From the IMG/VR virus record IMGVR_UViG_3300045988_134583, positions 1 to 64,000 of that record: a stretch of 64,000 bases of DNA. The stretch is one strand, 5' to 3'. The position numbers were made by a program, and so were the translations under genes. This document shows, one piece after another, positions 42,904 through 52,039 of this stretch. This DNA comes from a virus. Position 1 is the stretch's first letter; each line of letters opens with the position of its first letter. The notes below the pieces were generated by a model, which saw nothing but the letters and a program-made list of their open reading frames with translations, made no database searches and was not told where the DNA came from.

Positions 42904-44307
42904 TTACTTGCAGTTACGGGCAATAAGGCCGTCTACGCCGTCGCCCTCGTTGTTGTCGGTAGAGTTGCCCCGGATGGAATCCAGCCAGGAGTGGACGGAG
43001 TTTTCGGCCTTCTTACGGTCGGAGCGGATCTTGCTCTCGTGGTCGAAAATCTTGGACTTTACGACCTGACAAGCCTTCTCGTCGCCGCAGAACTCGCCCT
43101 TCTCGTTCTCGCACTCACTGTATTTATCTTCCTCGGCGTCCTTCTTGACGTCCTCCACTTCCTCGTCGGAGATGGGGTTCTCTGCATCCTCGTTGTACTT
43201 GGCAACAAGGGCATTGATAGCAGCAATGACGGAATTGCGCCGACGGGCGATCTCCTTGCGTTTCAGTTCCGTAGCTTCCTTCTCGGCGGAATTAGCGCGT
43301 TCCTCTGCCTGCTTCTGAGCGGTCTCAGCGGCAGAAGCCTTGTCGGTAAGCTCCTTAACCAGGGCGTCATAACCGGCCAGCACATCCACATGGATGGATT
43401 CTCCGTTTTCCATGACGGCCTCGGAGTTCAGGGCAACGGGCTTGATACGGGATTCAATGATATTGTCGCCGTCGTCAGCCTGCCGGGTGTACTCATACAG
43501 GCAGTTGTCCTTCTTGGACAGAAGGCCAAAGCTCATGCCATCCTCGGAGTTACCCACGATCACATAGCCGGGGAACTTCTCACGCATGGCGTCAAGCTGT
43601 GCTTTATTAAAAGCCATCTTGCTTTTGTTTCCTTTCTCTTGGTTTTTTGCGGCTTCTTCTTGGTAGGCGGCGACCTTGAGCTTGAAATCTTTCAGATCGT
43701 CTGCCAGGGACAAGGTGCGGATATGCGCGCCTGCAACGGCGGGAGTTACGCCCAGCCCCAGAATGGTGGTGCCCAAAATCTGGTAGCGGTCGAAAACTTC
43801 TACGTCGTTTTCTTTCCTTATATCTTCCACAAGCGTCTCGATGCTTACATCCATGCCTCTGGCTCCCTGTTCCGTCAGCAAGGCGGTAAGCTCCTGGGCG
43901 TAATAGCTCCAAATGGTGCCCTCGCCCACAATCCATTGCACGTTGTCCTTGTCTACAAGCTTTATATCTTCATCGGATTTGAACCATCCGACGATTCTTT
44001 CTGCTTTAGCGTCCATAAAGGAGGCGTATTCATTGCCCCGTTTATCCCGCTTCACCTTATAGTTGTGCCCGTCGCCCACCTTATCCGGGTTGGGATAGGC
44101 CACAAGGATGGGCGTATCCACGAACAGGGAACGATGCTCGGAAAGGTTCTTGTACTGCCATCCGTTCCGGTTTACTTCCCCATTCAGCAGCCATACCTCA
44201 ACCCGGTACTGAAACGGATTTTCCTGTGCGAGAACCCGCAGCTTGCCGGGGAAGGATCGGTAGGCTTGGCCGCCGTCTACGGTCTTGAATTTACTCATCT
44301 TCTTCAT
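42904..44307 (-). CDS. putative prohead protease/scaffolding fusion protein
   Basis: 467 aa. Globular N-terminal half, then a long Glu/Lys/Ala coiled coil typical of scaffolds. Call is positional. Confidence 0.5.
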   Translation of the reverse strand: MKKMSKFKTVDGGQAYRSFPGKLRVLAQENPFQYRVEVWLLNGEVNRNGWQYKNLSEHRSLFVDTPILVAYPNPDKVGDGHNYKVKRDKRGNEYASFMDAKAERIVGWFKSDEDIKLVDKDNVQWIVGEGTIWSYYAQELTALLTEQGARGMDVSIETLVEDIRKENDVEVFDRYQILGTTILGLGVTPAVAGAHIRTLSLADDLKDFKLKVAAYQEEAAKNQEKGNKSKMAFNKAQLDAMREKFPGYVIVGNSEDGMSFGLLSKKDNCLYEYTRQADDGDNIIESRIKPVALNSEAVMENGESIHVDVLAGYDALVKELTDKASAAETAQKQAEERANSAEKEATELKRKEIARRRNSVIAAINALVAKYNEDAENPISDEEVEDVKKDAEEDKYSECENEKGEFCGDEKACQVVKSKIFDHESKIRSDRKKAENSVHSWLDSIRGNSTDNNEGDGVDGLIARNCK

Positions 44308-44821
44308 CCTCCATCAGGTGAAGCACCCAGTTATCAAAGGAGGAAGCGTTTACGCCTTTGTCCCACATATTCCACGCTTGAAGAATCTTCGTATACAGCC
44401 GAGAATTTGCAAGCATGAACTCTTCTGTTTTCAGCGCCATGGGACGGAAATCCGCATTGTCGGTAGCCCTGTGAAAAGCTTCCAGCGCTTCCTGATACTC
44501 ATCCATAACGCCTATAACGATCTCAAACGCCTTATCCACGTCTCCGATCTCTTCCACCAACTCCGGAGTAGACGGGTAAATACCCATCAAATGGCGCTCA
44601 TGCAAAAGATCGATAAACTGATCGAAAAACTGAGGGTACAGGTGACTGATCTTGTGGATGAATTTGGAGGTGTTTGGCAACGCCGCCTCGATATAGAACC
44701 ACTCTTGCACGGTGTCAAGGAAGCGGTTCACTCGCTGGGCTGCGTCCACAACTCCCCTTGCAGGCTCTTTTAAGGGCGCATACTTTTGATTTTTATAGTC
44801 GAAAATGTCTCTTGCTTTCAT
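44291..44821 (-). CDS. hypothetical head-module protein (176 aa)
   Basis: Start at MKARDIF after GGGAGAGGG. Confidence 0.5.
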   Translation of the reverse strand: MKARDIFDYKNQKYAPLKEPARGVVDAAQRVNRFLDTVQEWFYIEAALPNTSKFIHKISHLYPQFFDQFIDLLHERHLMGIYPSTPELVEEIGDVDKAFEIVIGVMDEYQEALEAFHRATDNADFRPMALKTEEFMLANSRLYTKILQAWNMWDKGVNASSFDNWVLHLMEDEEDE

Positions 44822-44938
44822 GTGTGTCCCTCTCCCAAAAAGAAAAGGGCAAAGAGCCTTTTGCTGCTCTCTGCCCCACTTGGCCTTGCCGCTTCCCACT
44901 TGAAGCGGCGCATGTTTTGCTTCGATTTTCCATGCGTT

Positions 44939-45014
44939 TGGCGGGAACGGTAGGTTTCGAACCTACAGCCTTCCGGTTAACAGCCGGATGCTCTACCTGT
45001 TGAGCTACGAACCC
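44939..45014 (-). tRNA. tRNA-Asn (anticodon GUU), CCA encoded, with two U-U mismatches in the acceptor stem
   Basis: Hand fold: D arm GCTC-AACAGGTA-GAGC, anticodon stem TCCGG/CCGGA with loop CTGTTAA, T arm GTAGG-TTCGAAA-CCTAC. Acceptor GGGTTCG/CGTTCCC has mismatches at pairs 4-69 and 5-68. Confidence 0.65.
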
Positions 45015-45382
45015 ATGTATGCAAACGGTTACTCACGCACTAAAAAAATACTCGATGCCACAGAACCCCACAGCGCCTTCATGTTACCTGAAAAGGTGTT
45101 GCGCTTTCACCGTTAAGCATCAAAAACAATGCTTTAGGGGAACGTATGCGTGACGGCTTTTAACCATTGTCCAGTAGCCGAGGCCCAGCATCGGATGGGG
45201 CATCCCTCGGCGGTACTACCGGAAGCACCCTGGACGATTTACGACAGCTTGCCGTGGAGAACGATTGTTCCGCCGTGTTCTCCGTCCGGCGACCCTCCTT
45301 CGCGGTTGGGTTCGCGCCTGCCGTCAGGACAGCGGATGCGCTTGCCAGTGCTCATCCTCACGAGCCTAATTCGTGCGCATTT
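45015..45382 (-). ncRNA. candidate structured non-coding RNA adjacent to tRNA-Asn
   Basis: 368 nt, GC-rich, with no ORF of 60 aa or more on the operon strand. Many local helices, e.g. CCGAGG...CCTCGG 45178-45210, GGAGAAC...GTTCTCC 45256-45283, GGATG...CATCC 45334-45357. Confidence 0.3.
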
Positions 45383-45565
45383 TCAGCGTCTGCCCTCGAA
45401 TCCCTTTGACGGCTTTGGAATATTGACAGCAGATACTTCAATATGGAGTTTCTGCCGATAAACTACATCTACGATCTCGTTATTTCGTATCTTCCTGCGT
45501 ATGAGCACATCGTCTCCGTCCGCAAGAATACGCTCTATGGCCCTGGTCTCCCGCTCTCCGATCAA
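45383..45565 (-). CDS. possible small protein (60 aa, TTG start)
   Basis: GGAGG 7 nt upstream of a TTG that overlaps the metallophosphoesterase stop (GGTTGA). May instead be part of the ncRNA candidate. Confidence 0.3.
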   Translation of the reverse strand: MIGERETRAIERILADGDDVLIRRKIRNNEIVDVVYRQKLHIEVSAVNIPKPSKGFEGRR

Positions 45566-46347
45566 CCTACGACCTCCAACAGTTTTTTGTTTCCGGCCAG
45601 CATGATCTGCTGTTTCAGGTTTGCCGTGGGTGTAAGCAGCTTTCTGGCCGCATAGGAGGAATACCCCAGCCACGACGTAGAAACGATCAATCGCCACGAA
45701 ACAACGCTCACACGGTTATTCTGCTTGTCCACCATGATCTTACCCACCGGATAATTCATGGGCTTGTGGGTATGCCCCACCACAAGGCAGTCTATACCGT
45801 CAATCGCCATCCCGAAGCGCTCTGCCTTTGTAGCCGACGCACCGGTGTAAATGGAAGAACCGTTCCCGTGCGTAATTGCAAAAGTGTATGTCGGGTTTCT
45901 AAGGCCGTTGCTCTCTTTCCTGCCAAATTGGAGTTTCAGGAAGGCAATGTCCTCCCTGTATATGTCCTCCAAATCCAGTTTGGCCATGATGTCGTAGGTG
46001 ATATCGTTGTCCACTTCCCGCAGGTTTCGAGCTTCGTGGTTGCCGGATACGGCGCACAGGATTCGCTCCCTAATGGGCGTTAGGTTACGCACCATCCGGG
46101 ACTTCTGTTCCTTCGGGCGCATCCGTTCCTCGTAAACGTTCGTGACGGAACTTTTGATGCCGTTGTTTACAAGGTCTCCTACCAGGACAATGTAAGTGTT
46201 CTTGCTATCCAGCAAATCCCGGCAGAATTTATCCCAGTCTTTTTCGTAGCACTCCTGCGCCCCTAAATGGACATCCGACACGGGAATGATAGTGATCCCC
46301 TCGTTGGTCGGGAAATGGCGGATTATCATCTCAAAATTGTCTCTCAC
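45562..46347 (-). CDS. calcineurin-like metallophosphoesterase
   Basis: IIPVSDVHLG, LVGDLVNNG, SGNHE and VGHTH motifs. Confidence 0.85.
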   Translation of the reverse strand: MRDNFEMIIRHFPTNEGITIIPVSDVHLGAQECYEKDWDKFCRDLLDSKNTYIVLVGDLVNNGIKSSVTNVYEERMRPKEQKSRMVRNLTPIRERILCAVSGNHEARNLREVDNDITYDIMAKLDLEDIYREDIAFLKLQFGRKESNGLRNPTYTFAITHGNGSSIYTGASATKAERFGMAIDGIDCLVVGHTHKPMNYPVGKIMVDKQNNRVSVVSWRLIVSTSWLGYSSYAARKLLTPTANLKQQIMLAGNKKLLEVVG

Positions 46348-46362
46348 TTGACCGCCTTTCGG

Positions 46363-48081
46363 TTACATATCCATATCCCCGTAGGAATCCGCATCGTCCT
46401 CTGCCCCCTCGCTTTGGGGCGTATCGTTGGACGGTCTGCCGGGCGACGGGTTTGCTCCGCTGTCCGGGTTCTTGGCGGAATAAGAGGATATGAGGGGAAT
46501 CCGCTTGCTGAGCAGGTTGGACTTCTCAATAGCGCTGGAAATTGAGATATCTTCCAGCAGAGAATGTCCTCTGAGCGCGTCGTAGCGGAGCGTTTCTATC
46601 AACAGCCCGAGTGTCATGCCGTCTTTGGCGGCTTTAAGATCGTCCTTTTCGGAGAAGATATCCCCGAACATCTTGAAGCCCCACTCGTATTTCAGGTTCA
46701 GCGTCCCGTACAGATAGTTAATCATGCGCTCAAAGCCCATGTAAACGCACTGGCCGAACTTTGCCGCAATGGCAGCGGCCACATTGACCATGCCTACTCG
46801 TGGTTCTGCGCTTGCGCTGATAATGCCGATACCGGATTTCTGAATCAGGTAGGAGTACCCGGCGGCGGAAATATTCTCCGCATTAGGCGCTTCGGCAAGA
46901 CTATTCAGCTTCATGTCCTTAAATGGTGCTGCATATATGCCGATACCGGAAGTATTATTCTGGGCCATCATGTTATACCACAAGGCCAGATACACGTCCC
47001 GCACCGCCGGACTGATCTTTATGGGATCTGCCTGCGTAGGCGTGTTTGTGTTAATTGTCTCCATCTCGCCCAGCACACAGGCCACAAGGGGGTTTTGCAG
47101 GATACTGAGCTGCACTGCCTCGTAGTCCGCCTGCTGTATGGCGGAAATGAGAAGCCCCGTAAACGGGGAGATCTCATCCATGGTGGTATCGTCTATCTCA
47201 AACGTCCAGCACTCCGTAGGCGGCAGTGTGACCCAGTAGAACCACGTTCCGTTCTGTTCGTACACGTCTGGGTTTCCTGCCAGCGCTCTGCGTTTCTTCT
47301 CCGCTTCGATCTTTTCAAGGTCGAAATCACAGGAGCGTTTGGAAGAATATACGATCTTGCTTCCGGGCTTTTTGATGAAGCTCTGCATGTCCCGGACATA
47401 CGGTTCAAACAGATCCCCGAACTGCCGGTAATCGGTTCCCGGCTGTAAGAAGTACATCATGTCAAACATGAGGGTGTACTTGGAGATGTTATTGAATCCT
47501 ACAATCTTTATCCAGTCCTGTGGAAGCCTTTGCAGATAGGCATACTCGCAGGTGTTATGGGCTTTATCTATCTTCTTCCGAAGGTAATAATGCACCTTGC
47601 CGCTTATCCCGCACTCACCCATTACCCGGTGCGCGGCGGCTCTTACGTCCATCTTCCCGCAAATCTTTTCCAGAAGCCGCCATTCCCGCAGGAGATCATC
47701 CTTGGCAATGGAGCTTTCCGAATCCAGATACAGAGGGTAATTGTACCAGCGGTAGGTGGGGACGTCCTGATAGGTCTTTATGATGTTGAAGATGGGATAG
47801 GCGCTGTACCGCACCCACTCCATAGCCTGTCTTAAAGGCTTTTCGCTGTTATCCGGGTTATCAAGATAGCTGGCTACCTGGTTTTTATCGTATTTGAAAG
47901 CCCGGGAAGAGATCCCCTTGATGCGGTTATTCTGCATGTAGGGGTTAAAGGTCATGGCCGCTCCCAATCCGGTTCTGGAAAAGGCGGACAGCACACCTTC
48001 GGGAGAAATATTCCCGTACCGCTCCATTAACTGGCGATAGTGCTCAGATACGGGCGGTTTCCCCTGTTTCTGTTCTCCCAT
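46363..48081 (-). CDS. portal protein
   Basis: 572 aa from MGEQKQG (AGGAGAAAG RBS), just downstream of the large terminase. Acidic C-terminus. Confidence 0.7.
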   Translation of the reverse strand: MGEQKQGKPPVSEHYRQLMERYGNISPEGVLSAFSRTGLGAAMTFNPYMQNNRIKGISSRAFKYDKNQVASYLDNPDNSEKPLRQAMEWVRYSAYPIFNIIKTYQDVPTYRWYNYPLYLDSESSIAKDDLLREWRLLEKICGKMDVRAAAHRVMGECGISGKVHYYLRKKIDKAHNTCEYAYLQRLPQDWIKIVGFNNISKYTLMFDMMYFLQPGTDYRQFGDLFEPYVRDMQSFIKKPGSKIVYSSKRSCDFDLEKIEAEKKRRALAGNPDVYEQNGTWFYWVTLPPTECWTFEIDDTTMDEISPFTGLLISAIQQADYEAVQLSILQNPLVACVLGEMETINTNTPTQADPIKISPAVRDVYLALWYNMMAQNNTSGIGIYAAPFKDMKLNSLAEAPNAENISAAGYSYLIQKSGIGIISASAEPRVGMVNVAAAIAAKFGQCVYMGFERMINYLYGTLNLKYEWGFKMFGDIFSEKDDLKAAKDGMTLGLLIETLRYDALRGHSLLEDISISSAIEKSNLLSKRIPLISSYSAKNPDSGANPSPGRPSNDTPQSEGAEDDADSYGDMDM

Positions 48082-48421
48082 TCTCTTTCTCCTGTTCTGC
48101 TTTAAGCTCACGCTCAAACTCATCTAAAAAGTCGTGGGTAAGCTTTTCTATTTCATTTTCGTGGCGCTTGGCTTCCTCGTGCGCAATAGTGCCGATGCAG
48201 TCTTTGAGCCACTTCCAATCTTCGTCCTTAAAATGCCCCGCAGCATCCGAATTAGAGATCAGGACGCATGGAAGCTCGGGTTCATTCTCGGTGAAAACAA
48301 GTACATACTTGGGTGTGATCCGGTAAAACCGCTGTCTCAGCGCATACCCTATGGATTCCTGCGTCATACGAAGGCCGTACACCTTTTTGGTTTCGGGCTT
48401 CTTCACTCTTTTTGCCGTCAC
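48044..48421 (-). CDS. hypothetical protein (125 aa)
   Basis: ORF between the terminase and portal genes, overlapping both. Confidence 0.45.
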   Translation of the reverse strand: MTAKRVKKPETKKVYGLRMTQESIGYALRQRFYRITPKYVLVFTENEPELPCVLISNSDAAGHFKDEDWKWLKDCIGTIAHEEAKRHENEIEKLTHDFLDEFERELKAEQEKENGRTETGETARI

Positions 48422-50253
48422 CGATTATTTCCTCCGATTCGTCCTATGCATCTTGCTCTGCCGTAAACAGGGCCGTTTACAAGCCCGTTAATAGCGCCCC
48501 CTGTCTGCATCTGTTGCCGTGCCCATTGCTCCCACTGGTTATCTCCCCGGTTCGCATCGGCTCGGCGCTCATCCTCCAACAGTCTGCATACCCGCAGGCC
48601 GTATTTGGTGGCAGACCACATATCTCGCTGTATGCTTTTGCTTATTCTGACTTCGTTATAGCCGTATACGCCGTTTTTCTTTTTCAGATTGGCAATCTGG
48701 CCGCACAGTTCTCTGGTTTTCAGATACGGATATGCGATTGCACCGTCCATTTCGTCCGTTTTGATCCTGTGCTCTGTCTTATACGCTTTGATACCGTCCT
48801 GAATGTTGGAAACCAGCATACGGACGTTTCCGTGCTCCCACTCACGCTCTGCGTATTCCAGCATACCGGAATCCGAATCGTGAGACCCCGTTATGCCGCC
48901 TGTAGCGACGATGGGGTAAAGCACCGGAATTGCTCCCTTTACTTCCAGTTCCGGGTAATCGTGGTTGATGCAGCACAGCGGAGGCATTCCGTCCTGTAGG
49001 TCGCTGTGGAGCATTTCTATGATGGCCGTGCCGTATGCCCGGGAGTCGATAGCTATGTAAGCTGGCGAAGAATTACGCATGGTGTACCTGCGCCAGTAGT
49101 CCTTAACGATTCTCGCCTGTTCTGCGGCGCTCTTGGGAGGATCCATGTCCTGCACATAGACGATATCCTTCTTGAACAGACTGTTGTCCCACACTCCGTT
49201 CTGGGGTGTACACTTGATAACGCTATAGGCGCACTTGGCATTGTTCGTTCCGTCCCGATAGGAGTTATCCTGCCCTATAACGTACACGCACTGGGGATCT
49301 CCGCAGTGCTGGAACTCCATACAGGAGATTGTCTTGCTCTGCGTAAGGGTCAAGTCCCTGATAACCGGGTTTTCACTGGTGCCCGTCCATATGGACAGCA
49401 TCTCCCGGAGCCACACGTCCGGGGTAAGAGCGTCTTTAAGCTCCTGTGCCCAGGAGTATTTCCGTATCCCGGACAGGATAGCCACCTCGAATGGGATGTC
49501 TATGGCAAAAGCGCTCTTGCCTTCCCGCATCTTCCGGTATGTGTTTACCCGCATATCGAAGGATGGATTCTGTTGTGTACCGGCGGATGTGACGTAATGG
49601 TGCTGGTTCTGCGGAAATGTGCTGTCCTCTTTGGCGTTTATTGTCCGCGTAGCACGGACGGCAGCCAGAACCACCTTTTCAAACTCATCGTGGTCAAAGG
49701 CTTTGCCGGATTCCTCCTGCGCCACTTCCTCTGCGGTAACTCCGTGGATGGTATCGCCACGGGCTACTGCGACAGAGATTTTTGACCCGAACTTGGTCTT
49801 TATCTCAAATCGATCTGCGGAATCGGATACGATCTCCCACATGGAGGTAAGTCCCGGGAAGTTCCCGCATATCTCTCTCCAAACCTGAGAGAGAATACCG
49901 ACCGTCTGCTTGTTTGTGGGGCCTACATACGCCCTCTGTACACCGGGGAACAGGATTCCCTGCACCGCCGCATTGGTAAGCTCTACATACGACTTCGTAA
50001 GTCCTCGGCTGCCGGTGATGAACGTATCGGTGTATCTGCTGGATACCCGCATGTTCATGCGCTGAATGGGAGCCAGACGGTACTTCGGATTATCCGCTTC
50101 GCAAAGATCGAGGAATTTGTCCGGATACCAGCGCCAGTAGGAGATCAGGAGAGCTGCGCCCTCATCCCCGTACTGCTCGTAGTCCAGCGCCCTTTCTTTC
50201 TCGATCTCGACCCATGCGCGTTTGTTTTTGTCGTATTTTTTACCTAACGGCAC
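48418..50253 (-). CDS. terL: terminase large subunit
   Basis: 611 aa. Walker A-like ITGSRGLTKSY, an acidic Walker B region, and C-terminal RNase H-like nuclease Asp motifs (VIGQDNS, IAIDSRAYG). Confidence 0.85.
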   Translation of the reverse strand: MPLGKKYDKNKRAWVEIEKERALDYEQYGDEGAALLISYWRWYPDKFLDLCEADNPKYRLAPIQRMNMRVSSRYTDTFITGSRGLTKSYVELTNAAVQGILFPGVQRAYVGPTNKQTVGILSQVWREICGNFPGLTSMWEIVSDSADRFEIKTKFGSKISVAVARGDTIHGVTAEEVAQEESGKAFDHDEFEKVVLAAVRATRTINAKEDSTFPQNQHHYVTSAGTQQNPSFDMRVNTYRKMREGKSAFAIDIPFEVAILSGIRKYSWAQELKDALTPDVWLREMLSIWTGTSENPVIRDLTLTQSKTISCMEFQHCGDPQCVYVIGQDNSYRDGTNNAKCAYSVIKCTPQNGVWDNSLFKKDIVYVQDMDPPKSAAEQARIVKDYWRRYTMRNSSPAYIAIDSRAYGTAIIEMLHSDLQDGMPPLCCINHDYPELEVKGAIPVLYPIVATGGITGSHDSDSGMLEYAEREWEHGNVRMLVSNIQDGIKAYKTEHRIKTDEMDGAIAYPYLKTRELCGQIANLKKKNGVYGYNEVRISKSIQRDMWSATKYGLRVCRLLEDERRADANRGDNQWEQWARQQMQTGGAINGLVNGPVYGRARCIGRIGGNNR

Positions 50254-50256
50254 AGT

Positions 50257-50982
50257 TTACTCCCTCGGGGGAACTGCCTCTCCTAAGTCATGCATTGCCC
50301 GTTCCTCCCGCAGTGTCATTTTCGGCGCAAGCTCGTTGTAAACATCGGTTACTTGCAGAGACTTCGGCAGGAACGATAGTTCGGATTCCCCTCCGTTTTG
50401 TCGGATTGTATTTTCGATTTTCAGCAGGATCGTGTCCAGCACGTCCAGCGAAAGATCGTATTTGCCCTTGTCACCCTTGATGTACCGCACGACTTCCTCT
50501 CGGGTGTATGTCTTGACGCCTTTGCGTTCGAGACGGTCAATCAGAGCATCGGGACGAAAGGTCTCCATAGGCTTGGAATCCCCTGCCCGCATGGCCTCTG
50601 TAGCCATCTCTTTGTTAATCATGTCCTGGTATTTCTTTTCTCCGTCCGTATCGTTCTCCATACGGCATCTGCGCTGTAGCAAACGCCAGCAGGAGATCGT
50701 GTGCAGGGACGCGTCGGTTCTGCTGGGAGCATTTTTATACTCCTGCGCAATGCTGTCGTAGAACCGGTTTAGAAGCTCCAAATCTCTGTCCGAAATATCG
50801 TCCAGATACAGTTCCCATACCTCTCGGCTGTGCGGGTCAAGCCTTCCGGCGAGAGCCGGTTCATCGCTTTCCTGCACAGTCTCCGGAATCTCCTTCGCAT
50901 TTTTCTCCTGTGCGGCGAGACGGCCTTTCAGGGCCTTTCCGGACTTCGCTTTATTCAGTTCTTTTTCGTCTGGAAATCTCAT
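50257..50982 (-). CDS. putative terminase small subunit (241 aa from internal Met)
   Basis: Directly upstream of terL. Start at MRFPDEKEL has a weak RBS. The longer track ORF runs into the promoter region. Confidence 0.45.
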   Translation of the reverse strand: MRFPDEKELNKAKSGKALKGRLAAQEKNAKEIPETVQESDEPALAGRLDPHSREVWELYLDDISDRDLELLNRFYDSIAQEYKNAPSRTDASLHTISCWRLLQRRCRMENDTDGEKKYQDMINKEMATEAMRAGDSKPMETFRPDALIDRLERKGVKTYTREEVVRYIKGDKGKYDLSLDVLDTILLKIENTIRQNGGESELSFLPKSLQVTDVYNELAPKMTLREERAMHDLGEAVPPRE

Positions 50983-51208
50983 AGCACAAAATTTACGACC
51001 GGGGTTCCCCAACACCCGATTCAACCCGCCCTTACGCCGTCCCGAGGATGGGGAACTTGGCGCACATCCAATTTTTGAGAAGGAGAGAGAACGATCTGTC
51101 CGATGAAAAAAATCACAAATGCAAGGAAAATTCCCTGCATGAAAATTGTCTTGCCAGAGGCAGAAACCCCTGTTCGCATTTGTTTTTCTATGCCATGTAT
51201 TATAACAC

Positions 51209-51247
51209 AAACCGTGTGCAAAGTATAGGGTGAATTTATGGTTTTAT
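51209..51247 (-). promoter_or_regulatory. late-operon promoter module (proximal copy)
   Basis: Minus strand: 25-nt box AAATTCACCCTATACTTTGCACACG, 8 nt, then TATAAT with an extended TGt. Confidence 0.5.
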
Positions 51248-51292
51248 GTGTCTTTGCTGTGAACTTATATGCGATTTTTAACTCATACACCC

Positions 51293-51331
51293 ATTTTACC
51301 GGAAAGCGTGTGCAAAGTATAGGGTGAATTT
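51293..51331 (-). promoter_or_regulatory. late-operon promoter module (distal copy)
   Basis: Identical 25-nt box, 8 nt, then TAAAAT. Located 84 nt upstream of the proximal copy. Confidence 0.4.
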
Positions 51332-51335
51332 TCGC

Positions 51336-51935
51336 TTAAATTCTGCCGGGTCTATACAAACCAAGCATGGTGTCCCGGAAGGTTACGCCGACGGCAATAG
51401 CCGCCCAGCAGTCTGCGCTTACTCCGTGGAAAATATCGGGGTTCTTCTTGGTGCCCCTACCGTTCTGCATATCGTGCTTCGCATAGCGGTCGATCAGCGC
51501 CCGGCGGATATTGGCATCCTTGGCTCTGGGGTTCCCACACAGATCCAGCTTCTCGTCCTTGCGGTACACCAGGTAAGGCCGGGGGAATAAGCCTCCCACC
51601 GTATAGGGTGCAAGGGCTTCTTGCAGCCTGCCGATGAAAACGCACGTCTCAAAGACCTCAAAGCCTACCGCCATGCCGTAGGAGGCGATCATCTCTATGG
51701 CCGTATCCAGTGCGCCTTCTTCCTGCGCCGTCTCCTTCACTTGCGCCATGAAGGTGTCGTTGTCCAGCTTGCCATATGACAAGACCTCCATGCTCCTGTC
51801 GTCCATTCCCGTCCAGCGAAGCAGTGCGTAGGCGCTTTTTGCGTTGCCGGGGTCTATCGATAGGATGGTGAACGACGCTCCGTCCTGAATCCTATGCTTT
51901 GTGCTTGCGTTCTGGGCTTCTAAAACCATGCTCAT
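51336..51935 (-). CDS. RuvC-like Holliday junction resolvase
   Basis: ILSIDPGNAKSAYALL (first catalytic Asp), ...EMIASYG..., and C-terminal SADCWAAIAVG. Confidence 0.75.
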   Translation of the reverse strand: MSMVLEAQNASTKHRIQDGASFTILSIDPGNAKSAYALLRWTGMDDRSMEVLSYGKLDNDTFMAQVKETAQEEGALDTAIEMIASYGMAVGFEVFETCVFIGRLQEALAPYTVGGLFPRPYLVYRKDEKLDLCGNPRAKDANIRRALIDRYAKHDMQNGRGTKKNPDIFHGVSADCWAAIAVGVTFRDTMLGLYRPGRI

Positions 51936-52039
51936 TCTCGTTTTGCTCCTTTTTTGTTCCAGTTACTCACGTTTGCGCCTAAAATCGATTTTAGACATGT
52001 TTCTGTGCTTTCTATCGGTGCTCGCGAGGGTGGGTGGTG

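Noticed and set aside
42145-44418. 757-aa plus-strand ORF
   Set aside because: It lies antisense to the well-supported capsid, decoration and scaffold genes. The translation is Gly/Val/Leu-rich with no motifs. It is a shadow ORF typical of GC3-biased genes.
45015-45565. tmRNA, RNase P RNA or a group I/II intron
   Set aside because: I could not find a tRNA-like T arm plus CCA end, a tag-peptide reading frame, the RNase P GAGGAAAGTCC-type core, or an intron domain V-like hairpin by eye. Family assignment is left open.
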